This document shows, one piece after another, positions 45,713 through 54,743 of a stretch of 54,743 nucleotides of DNA (the stretch's first letter is position 1; each line of letters opens with the position of its first letter). A program made the translations under genes and the position numbers. This stretch comes from Gekko japonicus (Eukaryota), in assembly GCF_001447785.1 (NCBI RefSeq), contig NW_015177038.1, forward strand, positions 293,454 through 348,196, written 5' to 3'. The notes beneath the pieces were generated by a model. The model was given only the letters and a program-made list of their open reading frames with translations. It searched no databases and was not told where the DNA came from.

Positions 45713-46531
45713 ATGGAAAGGAACAATGCAACCTCATGGACAGAATTTATTCTCTTTAGGTTTCTAAAGCAGACAAAGGCCCCTGCTGCTGTTTTCAGTA
45801 TATTGTTCTTTATGTTCCTTATGGGGCTTTCTGAAAACTGTCTTCTTCTCTGCCTTATCCAATAGGATTCTTTTTAATGAAAAGGAACGTCATTACCCGA
45901 ACAGGATGTTCAACTGTTTTTCGTATTATCATTGGCTGCTGCAGAATTCTTTCTTCCCAGTGTAATGTCTTATGATAGATATGTGGCCATAAGCAAGCCT
46001 CTGCAATATCCCATCCTCATGAGGAAGAATATCTACCTGTCTTTGGCAGTGGCCATTTGGTGCGGTGCATCTTTGAATGCCTTGGTGCCTGATGTTTATG
46101 TGCTGCTGCAGCCCTACTGTGGTTCAAATGTGAGTCAACATATCTTTTGTGAGTTGTCCTCAGTGCTGAGGTTGTTATGTTTAAATTCATCTGCCTTTCA
46201 ACAAGTGTCATTGTTTATCAGCACTGAGTTGCTTCTACCCCCTTTGTCCACCATGCTGGTCTCATACACTTATATTCTTGTTACAGTCAACTGGAAAGAC
46301 CCACAAAGTGCTTGGCAGTTGCTTTTCACACTTATTAGTGGTAAGACTCTCCTATGGGGCAGCCATGTTCAAATATCTGAGACCCATGTGTTACTGAATG
46401 CCATTCCAAGATGATATGCCTTGCTGTTTTGTACCACTGTCACTCCTGTGCTAAACCCGCTCATCTACAGCCTGAGGAATCAAGATGTTCTAGACGCAGT
46501 GAAAAAAAGTATTCAGGAAACATACATTTGA
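45713..46531 (+). pseudogene. Olfactory receptor pseudogene, paralog of 50243-51175
   Basis: MERNNATSWTEF...SENC..IQ* (TAG 45863), ~95-bp deletion removing PMY/TM2, MSYDRYVAISKPLQY, further frameshifts, [10 protein letters not shown]. Confidence 0.93.
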
Positions 46532-46599
46532 TTGCTGATATCCGAGAAAATGTATCACATCCTTGGTTTATGATAAATTAAATGATTCATTGGGTGAAT

Positions 46600-47500
46600 C
46601 TGGAACAGAAAAAGATGCAGCTCAAAACACATTCACCCCTGAATAGCCATAAAACAGCCATAAACCCATGCAGACAGCTACCATAAAACGAAGAGATCAA
46701 AGGAAGTGAAAGTGGCATGCAGTCTGGACACTGCCATAAAATCCAACACTCAATCAAGGTGAAAGTGACATGCAATGTAGAGGGGAATTTCTGTTCCAGC
46801 GTGGGTTTGGTAAAACAGCAGAACAAATGCTAGATGCAGATTGGGCCAGTGATTTCATGCAGATGTTAACAATAGCATGGGGGATAAGCAGTCCCCCAGT
46901 ACCACCTTCTGGAACTGGTCAGCCAAGTAAGAGTGAAGCCACTGTAACACATGCCTCCCACTCCCAGCTCAGCCAGGCTCTCTAGAAGGATACTGTGGTT
47001 GGTGGTAAGAAAAGGAGAATCAATGGGGATTGCACACCCTTGTCACTCTCCCAGGGCAAATACATTGCAAAAGATTCACAGTGGACCTGTTTGGGGTTGT
47101 TTTTGGTCAGCATCTTCAGGGGCCTGGGATAACTGCCCCTTCATAACTCAGAAAAGCTCCACTGGATGGCATTGCAGACACGACAGTGATGGAGAGCGCG
47201 TTCACTGTCACCATCACTGCCACAGAGTGGGCACAATAAAGTGCTCTCATCTGCGCAGGGTCACATGTGCTTCAGGTTTTCCTCCACTTTCAGCATGTCT
47301 GCCTTGCCCTGTCATCATTCCAAGATCCTTATTAAACCAAGGGGCATTCTGGACTCCACAAGATGGAAGTGTTGAAGTGAGCATGCCTGGGCATTGGGGG
47401 GGGAGGTGCTACATCACTCTAGGTGTGTATAGATGCTATCTCCTTCAATGGGATCCCTCTCTTTGTCTTAACCTGGGAGCTGATCCTTCCCCTCTGTCCT
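46600..47500 (-). mobile_element. Highly decayed PIF/Harbinger transposase remnant
   Basis: Minus-strand motifs in HARBI1 order: RVCNAI (47165-47182), VLGD-/-AYP across a frameshift (~46880-46905), LIEC (~46750). Confidence 0.4.
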
Positions 47501-47877
47501 CTCACTCTCTGCCCATAGTCTTCCATAGAGACACACATCTGTGCATGCCTGGACTGTAGAGATAATGCCCCCATACTCCCACACACGTGATGCTGGACAA
47601 GCTGGCCATTTGTGATGGGGAAAATACTCTTTAGGTTAGGTTTCCTTTCTCTTCTTTTGACTGCAACCTGAACGTGAACTGAATCTACTCGAATAAATGT
47701 AAGTTTACCTTTTTTGCAATATACTGCTCTAAGAGATTTATTTACTGCTCTCAGTATCACGCTTCTACGACTGGGCAAAACTGTGCTATATTAACCAAAT
47801 ATCCCAGTAGGAAGAAGGTATTCAGGAGAGATTGGGTGCAAAGCCCAGGTCATCTCTGCATTCCACAGATAGACAAC

Positions 47878-48133
47878 GGTCCTTTCCGCACTAAACCTTA
47901 AATCCTGATTCAACCCTGTCCACGAACTTGCATTCTACACTACACGCGAGTTCTCCCCTGTAATTATCTCGAGGTATTTTTTGTTTCCACATTACACTGA
48001 GGTCACCCCAGTTTCGCCCCACACTTGTCCCGTGATCAACGGATGCTGTTATAACCAGGGATAAATGCAAGGTATTGTGTCGCAAGTTGAACTCTGATAA
48101 AACCAGGGATGAGATTCAAGTGCAGAAAGGGCC
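47878..48133. mobile_element. PIF/Harbinger-like MITE (different family)
   Basis: TIRs GGTCCTTTCCGCACT / AGTGCAGAAAGGGCC; 3-bp TSD AAC. Confidence 0.8.
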
Positions 48134-48264
48134 AACAAGGGCTATAATAGGAGCACCAACTTTCTACAGTAAGTTATTTCATTTTTAAAAGTTAGCTCTA
48201 TTCCCTGAAGGCAAGAAACTTGCTGTTGGCTGATGCAAGCAGAGTTTGATATTTTTTAACTACC

Positions 48265-48840
48265 TTCAAACCCTGGGAGAATAAATTAAAGCATTTGATA
48301 TGCCTTACAAAACAAATCTGAACAGGCAGATTGGAAAGCCAACACCTAAAAACAGGGGGCTAACTTGTGATGTCGGCTATTCACAGTCAGGATTCACTCG
48401 AGATCCATAATGATACAGGTACATATTTGTCCTGGAAACGTAACCCCAGAATCACATTTTTCTCCCTCTAGTCGTTATTTATTTACATTATTTATACTCT
48501 TCCTTTCTTATTTGGATGACATGAAATGAAATATAAAGATTTTTGAAGTCTGTTTCAAAATTTATTTGCCGCCTTCTTATCAAAATGAGATAAAACTGTT
48601 ATGATAGCTACATGACAATGCATTATTTGATTCCTTGACTAATCCTGGGACAATAGAATGTATTTCTGAATGATTGTTACTTGAAGTAAATAACTCCAAT
48701 CAGCATAATGGAGGACCATTATGTGGCTAAAAGATGACAGTGCAGCTTTTATTTCTATAAAGGTCAAGTGTACTAGACAATTAAAAGAGTAATATCTGCT
48801 TCTTCCCTTTGCACCATATGAGAGAATTAGCTATGTCCTT
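48265..48840 (+). promoter_or_regulatory. Candidate promoter for the OR at 50243
   Basis: O/E-like CCCTGGGA (48271) followed by AATTAA, TAATCCTGGGA (48640-48650), AATTAG (~48825). Confidence 0.25.
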
Positions 48841-49112
48841 TATTAGACTGTTTACATATATTCAGAGTTCTTTTTTAAAATAGTTAATCATCTTTTTGTA
48901 TTTCACGAAGAAGTTAATAGGAATTTTCCAGTGGGTGAGAAAAATTAGATGTTTTTCATTCAAGAACACCATATCTCAATTAAGATATCACTTCCAAATA
49001 TTTACTTTATATCTTACCAGCCAGTATTGGTGCAGTGCAAAGCTTAGCAAACCTATTCCAGACCAGAGTTTGAGGGTTGCAGCTAAGAAAGAGTTGGGGG
49101 GGAGGTAGCCGG

Positions 49113-49382
49113 GTTGGTGTAGTGGTTAAGTGCATGGACTCTAAATCTGGGAGAACCGGGTTTGATTCCCCACTCCTCCACTTGCACCTGGCTGGATGAC
49201 CTTGGGCAAGCGGCAGTTTCTGATACGAGCTGTCCTTGAAAAAGAGCAGTTTCTGTCAAGAGCTCCCTCAGCCCCACCTACCTCACAGGGTGTCTGTTGT
49301 GAGGAGGGAAAAGAGTTTGTAAGCCACTCTGAGACACCTTTGGGTAGTGAAGGGTGGGGTATAAATCCAATCTTCTTCTTCT
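49113..49382 (+). mobile_element. Squam3-like SINE inserted into a Penelope-like fragment
   Basis: Family head, core and tail; flanks GTAGCCGGG|TTGGTCTG...GAGTCCAGCGGCACCTTCAAGACCAA. Confidence 0.85.
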
Positions 49383-50242
49383 TGGTCTGAAGCAGCATAA
49401 TGAGTCCAGCGGCACCTTCAAGACCAATAAAATAAAATGAATAAAACCTGACATCACAAACAGATCTTCCCATACCAACTACGCAAAGCAGGGCATCCCC
49501 AGATTATTTCCATATATAAGGAGTAAATGCTACCACTAATATCTAATCATTGCAGCACACTTTCTCACAGTGATGTTTGACAACAGATGATAATAGGTAA
49601 AGTGGGCAATTCATGATACAATGGCGCCTTTTTAATCTCACGAAAGGTTTGGTTATTCCTTTTACCACAGCCCAGAAAGTACAGAGGTGCACACGAGGAT
49701 CTGTTCCCAAAACAAATTCCCACTAATTTCAGGAAATTCTTCCACTGTTTAAAAACAAAACACTCCCTAATTTGTGATGTAGATGGAATTTGGTGGCAAT
49801 CCTGGATAAGATGTAAATGGCTGACCTTGATGGGAACCTGAGATAATCCTAAATAAAGAAGGTTGATAGGAATATTGATTCAGTGTTTAGAAACACAAAA
49901 CCAATTGGTTAAGGTTTGGTAAGAATAGTTAAAGCTTTCATAAAACAAATATATATATATTTAGAATAACATTTTAGTGATCTTTGAAGCACTTCTGAAG
50001 CAAACAAACATATCACAAAATAATGGAATATTGTCAAATGGGTATATTGTTAGATTCTCATGCAAACACTTGTTCCTGTCTTGTAAATGTGTGAAGATTT
50101 TAGCAGTACTTTCCCCCAAAAGGTATCTAGTCAGACATCTGAATTAAACAAAATTATATAGTGATATTTACATTAAATAAAGCATTTCCCCTCCATTTTT
50201 GTCATTCTCTCATAAGATCTAAATAAGCCAGATGAAGCAGAA

Positions 50243-51175
50243 TTGGAAAAGAACAATTCATCCTCATGGACAGAATTTATTATCGTGGGATTTTTGAGCC
50301 AGACAAAATCTTCCGCTGTTACTGTGACCTTGATGATCTTTCTCTTCCTTATGGTGCTCTCTGAAAACAGCCTCCTTCTCTATTTGATCCAAGTGGACTC
50401 TGGCCTCCAATCTCCAATGTATTTTTTTCTTGGTCAATTGTCTTTCATGGATATCTGCCAAATCCTCTCCGTTGGCCCCAAAATGACTATAGATTTTTTA
50501 ATGAAGAAGAACGTTATTTCTTTGAATGGATGTTCAGCCCAGATATTTTTCACCCTGGTGATGGGCGAGGCAGAATGCCTCCTCCTTGCTGTGATGTCGT
50601 ATGACAGGTATGTGGCAATATGCAAGCCTTTGCAATATCCAGTTCTCATGAGGAGGAATATCCGTGTTGTCCTGTCTGCGGTTGTTTGGTTTGGTGCATT
50701 TCTGGATGCCTTAGTCCCCAGCATTTATGTGCTGCCACTGTACTACTGTGGGTCAAATGTGATCCACCATATCTTCTGCGACCTCCCTTCAATGCTGAAG
50801 CTGTCTTGTTCTGATACTTCTCACTTTGAAAAGACTCTGATCTTTAGTGGCATTACCTTGCTTATCATCCCATCATCTTTCATCTTGTTCTCCTACATGT
50901 GCATTCTTGCAACAGTCCTGAGGGTACATTCAGCCGAAAGGACTCACAAAGCACTTGGCACTTGCCTGTCTCACTTGAGTGTGGTGGGACTCTTCTATGG
51001 GGCAGCCATGTTCAAGTACTTGAGGCCCAGATCCTACCAAACTCCATACCAAGACGATATGGTTTCATTGTTTTGTTCTATTATTACTCCGGCACTGAAC
51101 CCCCTTCTCTATAGCTTGAGAAATCGGGATGTGTTAACAGCACTGAAGAAACTATTCAGAAAGAACACCCCATAA
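50243..51175 (+). CDS. Olfactory receptor (OR2T/2AG-like), full-length ORF but TTG start; functional status uncertain
   Basis: 310 codons with NSS, SPMY, MSYDRYVAICKPLQY, HIFCD, KALGTCLSH, LNPLLYSLRN; first codon is TTG where paralogs have ATG. Confidence 0.8.
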   Translation: MEKNNSSSWTEFIIVGFLSQTKSSAVTVTLMIFLFLMVLSENSLLLYLIQVDSGLQSPMYFFLGQLSFMDICQILSVGPKMTIDFLMKKNVISLNGCSAQIFFTLVMGEAECLLLAVMSYDRYVAICKPLQYPVLMRRNIRVVLSAVVWFGAFLDALVPSIYVLPLYYCGSNVIHHIFCDLPSMLKLSCSDTSHFEKTLIFSGITLLIIPSSFILFSYMCILATVLRVHSAERTHKALGTCLSHLSVVGLFYGAAMFKYLRPRSYQTPYQDDMVSLFCSIITPALNPLLYSLRNRDVLTALKKLFRKNTP

Positions 51176-51808
51176 ATAATATCTCAGAAAAACTAGCTAA
51201 TGCTAGCATGAAAACTTTCAGACAAATATTTTTTCAAGGGATGTATGAATATGCCATTTTTATGCAGCTTTTGGTTTTATATATGTTTTTTTCTTTTTGT
51301 CCACTAAAATAATTTATTGGGAAAACAGAAATATACATATTGAAGTCTATGAAGTGGGTTAATTTGAATGCATAAGAAACTGTAATTTTATGGAGAATCA
51401 CAACAGGAAGGTTTCAAAAGATAGCTTTTGAGCAGTTTCGTGGATGACTTAAAAAGTCTTTGGGAAGAAAAATGTTTTGTAGATGTTAGAATATGTTACG
51501 TGTAGAAGTATTGTGTTGTTTTCCTCAGAAAATGCACTTCAGGTAAATGGAAGTGTCAACAAATTATTTTGTCCATAGTTCATAGGATATTCTGTATGGC
51601 GTTAGGACCACTAGAAGGTCTTTATTACTCAGCCAATCACAACAGAGGAAGCTAGGATACCTTAGCACAAACCATAACTAAACAGCTTTGAAATAACTCA
51701 GAACATAACAATGGCCATCAGAATCCTGATCAACTTCCCTGAATACTTCAACTATGGTCCTCTCTGGTAACAATATATATATATCGAACAAGAGCTCTCC
51801 TGAATAAA

Positions 51809-52158
51809 GGTAAAGGTAAAGGTTCCCTTGCTCGAAAGCCAGTCGAATCCGACTCTAGGGTTGCGGTGCTCATCTCCGTTTCAAAGCCGAAGAGCCAGCG
51901 CTGTCCAAAGACGTTTCTGTGGTCATGTGGCCGGCATGACTAAACGCCAAGGCGCACGGAACGCTGTTACCTTCCCACCGAAGTGGTACCTATTTATCTA
52001 CTTGCAATTTCTTGCTTTCGAACTGCTAGGTTGGCAGGAGCTGGAACTAGAGATGAGAGCTCACTCCATCATGCGGCACCCAGGTCTCGAACTGCTGAAC
52101 TACTGACCTTCCACAGCCTGCAGTTCAGTGTCTTAACCACTTGAGCCACCGCAGCTCC
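51809..52158 (-). mobile_element. Sauria SINE (Squam1)
   Basis: (ACCTTT)n tail, GTCATGCCGGCCACATGACC core, GGAGCTGCGGTGGCTCAAGTGG head; TSD TGAATAAA (51801-51808, 52159-52166). Confidence 0.9.
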
Positions 52159-52702
52159 TGAATAAAACCACTCAACAATTCAGTAAAATAAAGTTTAGAT
52201 AATTATATTGGGGGGGTTTATTGCCAGAGTAATTTCTTAGTATTGAATCAAAAGATTACCTTCCACTAGATTCTACTCATGTGTTGTTGTTTTTTAGTTT
52301 CCATGAAAGGGGGCTAAATGGATATTCTGGGATTTTGCTCTCAATATGCTATGAACTGTGCTCTGTGTGTGCTCCTTTAAAGAAGAAACTGACACCAAGG
52401 CAGCTAGCCGATTAAAAACAGGCCTAATAAAACCACATCTTAAAACACAACAAAAATCCATCATTAAAAGAAAATGAACACTACAATGCATATACAAAAA
52501 CACAAAAGCAATAGTTAAAACATAGGCCAGGAAAGCGGGGTCAGAAAGGAAAGGAAATGCCAATCAAAACAGATCTTGTTATATTTTACTGCTCTATTTT
52601 CTTATAAAATAATGTTTAATTGAATTCAAGTGTGGTAGTATGAAAGTGGATGAAAGAAGGAAGTATTAAAATGATAAAGTATGGTTTAGAGATTTTACTA
52701 AA

Positions 52703-52828
52703 TATTTATTTATTTATTCGTATTTATATCCTGCTCATCCAGTATATGGGCTCAGGGCGGGTAACAACATTTCTATAGATACAATAAAATTTAAAACACA
52801 TTAAAACATAAAACAATAAAATAAAACA
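52703..52828 (-). mobile_element. L2-like 3' tail
   Basis: (ATTT)n plus GGGCTCAGGGCGG, as in the other L2 ends. Confidence 0.5.
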
Positions 52829-52832
52829 TCTC

Positions 52833-53353
52833 TGTGAAGCAAAAGTGCCTATAAAGGGTTAAGTGATGCAACAGTATGTTAGCCTTCTTCCTAGTGCAGC
52901 TGTTTTAAGTTTCTTATTGTTAAGGTGCGGATTCTAAGGACAGGCAGACCTATCAATTAACTCTATTTCGAAAAACTGTTTTGACCGTAAAGTGGGGGCA
53001 GCTGATATTTGAAAGGGAAAAAGAGTATATTTTGGCACCTTATCTGAGGGGAAATTTGGCCTAGGAGATTCTGGGAACTCCTGTATGTGGTTCGTGTTTG
53101 CAGACCTCGATGTGAAGCCACATTCCTCGTTGTGACTTATGGCCTATGCTTCCTGAAAGCTGCGCTATAGAACACAGGTAGTTTGAGTTAGTGTTTATTA
53201 TTTTGTTGTACTCTCTGAAGTGTTTTGTTGCTGGATTTTGTATTTCTCTCTTTTGACCATTGTTTTAAATAAATACTTTCTTTTAAAACTTAAGTTGGCT
53301 CATGTGTGCTCAAGTCTCCTGTTCACCCACAAGAAAGCCTAGCTATCTTGACA
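52833..53353 (+). mobile_element. Solo LTR
   Basis: TGTGAAG...CTTGACA termini, perfect 5-bp TSD ATCTC, AATAAA at ~53268. Confidence 0.85.
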
Positions 53354-53354
53354 A

Positions 53355-54296
53355 TCTCCCTAAATTATAAAAGCGTTTTGGAGGTGGCACTCTCCAGAAC
53401 AATCGACATGCTCTGGAATAGGTTGACGCCCTGGCGTGCCACTCACAGGGTGTCTGTCTTCACTGGCTGCGTTCCTGCCTCGGTGTGGTCCCGCCCACAG
53501 AGGCGATGCCTGCCATCTCGGCCTCACTCTCCATCACAGAGGCAGCCCGCATGGATGATCCAGCGGCTGTTCTGGCACGGAGGCAGGAGGATGGGCCTGC
53601 CTGGCCTCGCCGTGCCCTGGTTGCTCCCTCCCACACCAGCCCAAGCCTCACTGGCCTGCACTGCCAACGCCACCTTCTCCCTCGGCAGCCTCTGTCCACA
53701 GCCTGCTTGCAACTCCCTCCCTCCACCGCGCTCGCCGCCTCCACTCTGCCCAGCCACAAAACCAGCAGCAGGAGGCTGCCTCTGAGGTGAAGGCCCATAG
53801 GGAGGGCCGATGGGCAGCTGTGAGGGAGGGCGGTGGCCAGTGCCACACCCGCCCTGGACACAGCACACTCCAGCCCAGGACACAGATGACAGGATGAACG
53901 CGCCGGGACAGGCAGGCACCACTGATGGGAGGGGAGACACTCAGGGGCCTGGGGGGAGACAGTGGGGGGGATGCTGTCAGGTCCCTGAGTGGACAAAGTG
54001 GAGGATAAAGGGTTGGGGGCCTGAGGGGGGGGGGACCATGAGCTGCTCAACTTGCCAGGGGAGGGGAACACTGCCAGCCCAGCCCATCGCCCCTCAACAA
54101 CAGGCTCTTGGCAGGGAGCTGAAACCGGGAGGGGGGCCTGTCTGAGCCTGCCCAGGGAACGGCTGCCACCCCTTTCCCATCCCCCGCCACTCATGGGGTC
54201 TGGGGGCTGGAAAGAGAGCGGGGCGCCGGGGGAAAGACAGGCCCAGCATCTATCTAGGGAACGTTGTCTCGCTTTCACAATGGGCTTCGTTCCTAG
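53355..54296 (+). mobile_element. Probable non-autonomous Helitron
   Basis: A|TC...TATAAAA start, AATGGGC-n8-CTAG|T end, no TSD; GC-rich interior. Confidence 0.45.
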
Positions 54297-54505
54297 TTAA
54301 CACATGAAACACATCTCTCCCTTATTATATTTGAGTAGTGGGTGCCAAAGTTCTAATTCTAAAATGCCCTCCCTTAGTGTATGGCTGATGGAACTGCTCC
54401 TCAGCATATATCGCCACCAATCAGAAGGCAAAGCCCGGGTCAGAAGACGCTGGCTGGGTTGACTGGCTGCTTTGTGCAGTCCTGCCCAGCGTTTCAAGGT
54501 CTTTT

Positions 54506-54539
54506 NNNNNNNNNNNNNNNNNNNNNNNNNNNNNNNNNN
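54506..54539. other. Assembly gap
   Basis: N run. Confidence 1.
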
Positions 54540-54690
54540 TGGTGTGCAGGTCCCAGGTTCATGTTTTAAAAGCTGCCTGGGGGATTATGGACCATTCACA
54601 CACTTTCAACCTTAACATACCTCACAGGGTTGTTGTGCAGATCATACGGGGGAGAGGAGAATGATGTCAGCTGCTTTGGTTCCCACTGTA
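54540..54690 (+). mobile_element. Decayed tRNA/CORE SINE fragment
   Basis: GGTCCCAGGTTCA head remnant and ACCTCACAGGGTTGTTGTG core. Confidence 0.45.
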
Positions 54691-54743
54691 GAAGGAGTAC
54701 AGGCGTGCACGACCCAGGACTTCAAAGAGATTTGCCGCGAGTT

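Noticed and set aside
46951-47559. 202-aa plus-strand ORF
   Set aside because: No recognisable motifs; lies antisense to a decayed transposase-like region
49891-49924. Upstream coding exon for the TTG-start OR (donor TG|GTAAGA at 49919)
   Set aside because: No ATG before an in-frame stop at 49888, and the donor is not conserved in the paralogous region at ~45465
53460-54278. 272-aa ORF
   Set aside because: GC-rich repeat interior, low-complexity Pro/Gly/Ser translation, no domain motifs

Overview
Vertebrate (squamate, most likely gecko) genomic DNA holding part of a class II olfactory receptor (OR) cluster, densely interspersed with transposable elements. There are three ATG-started intact single-exon OR ORFs (13352-14290 +, 24266-25204 +, 32599-33558 -), one full-length OR ORF that starts with TTG (50243-51175 +) and one clear OR pseudogene (45713-46531 +). 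The lineage call rests on Squam3-like, Sauria, Squam2-like and 5S-derived SINEs recognised from memory. Other elements: a young CR1 LINE with a 524-codon open RT frame, a young Gypsy integrase plus LTR nested in a 5-kb hAT-type element with a perfect 8-bp TSD, two solo LTRs with 5-bp TSDs, several hAT and PIF/Harbinger MITEs with verifiable TSDs, L1/L2/RTE fragments and a probable Helitron. There are five assembly gaps. Most short ORFs in the supplied track are spurious. I found no clearly new biological system. The best leads are the TTG-start OR, the cargo-carrying hAT element, the Harbinger MITE family bracketing an OR, and an A-B-A'-L1-B' duplication. TE family names were not checked against a database.
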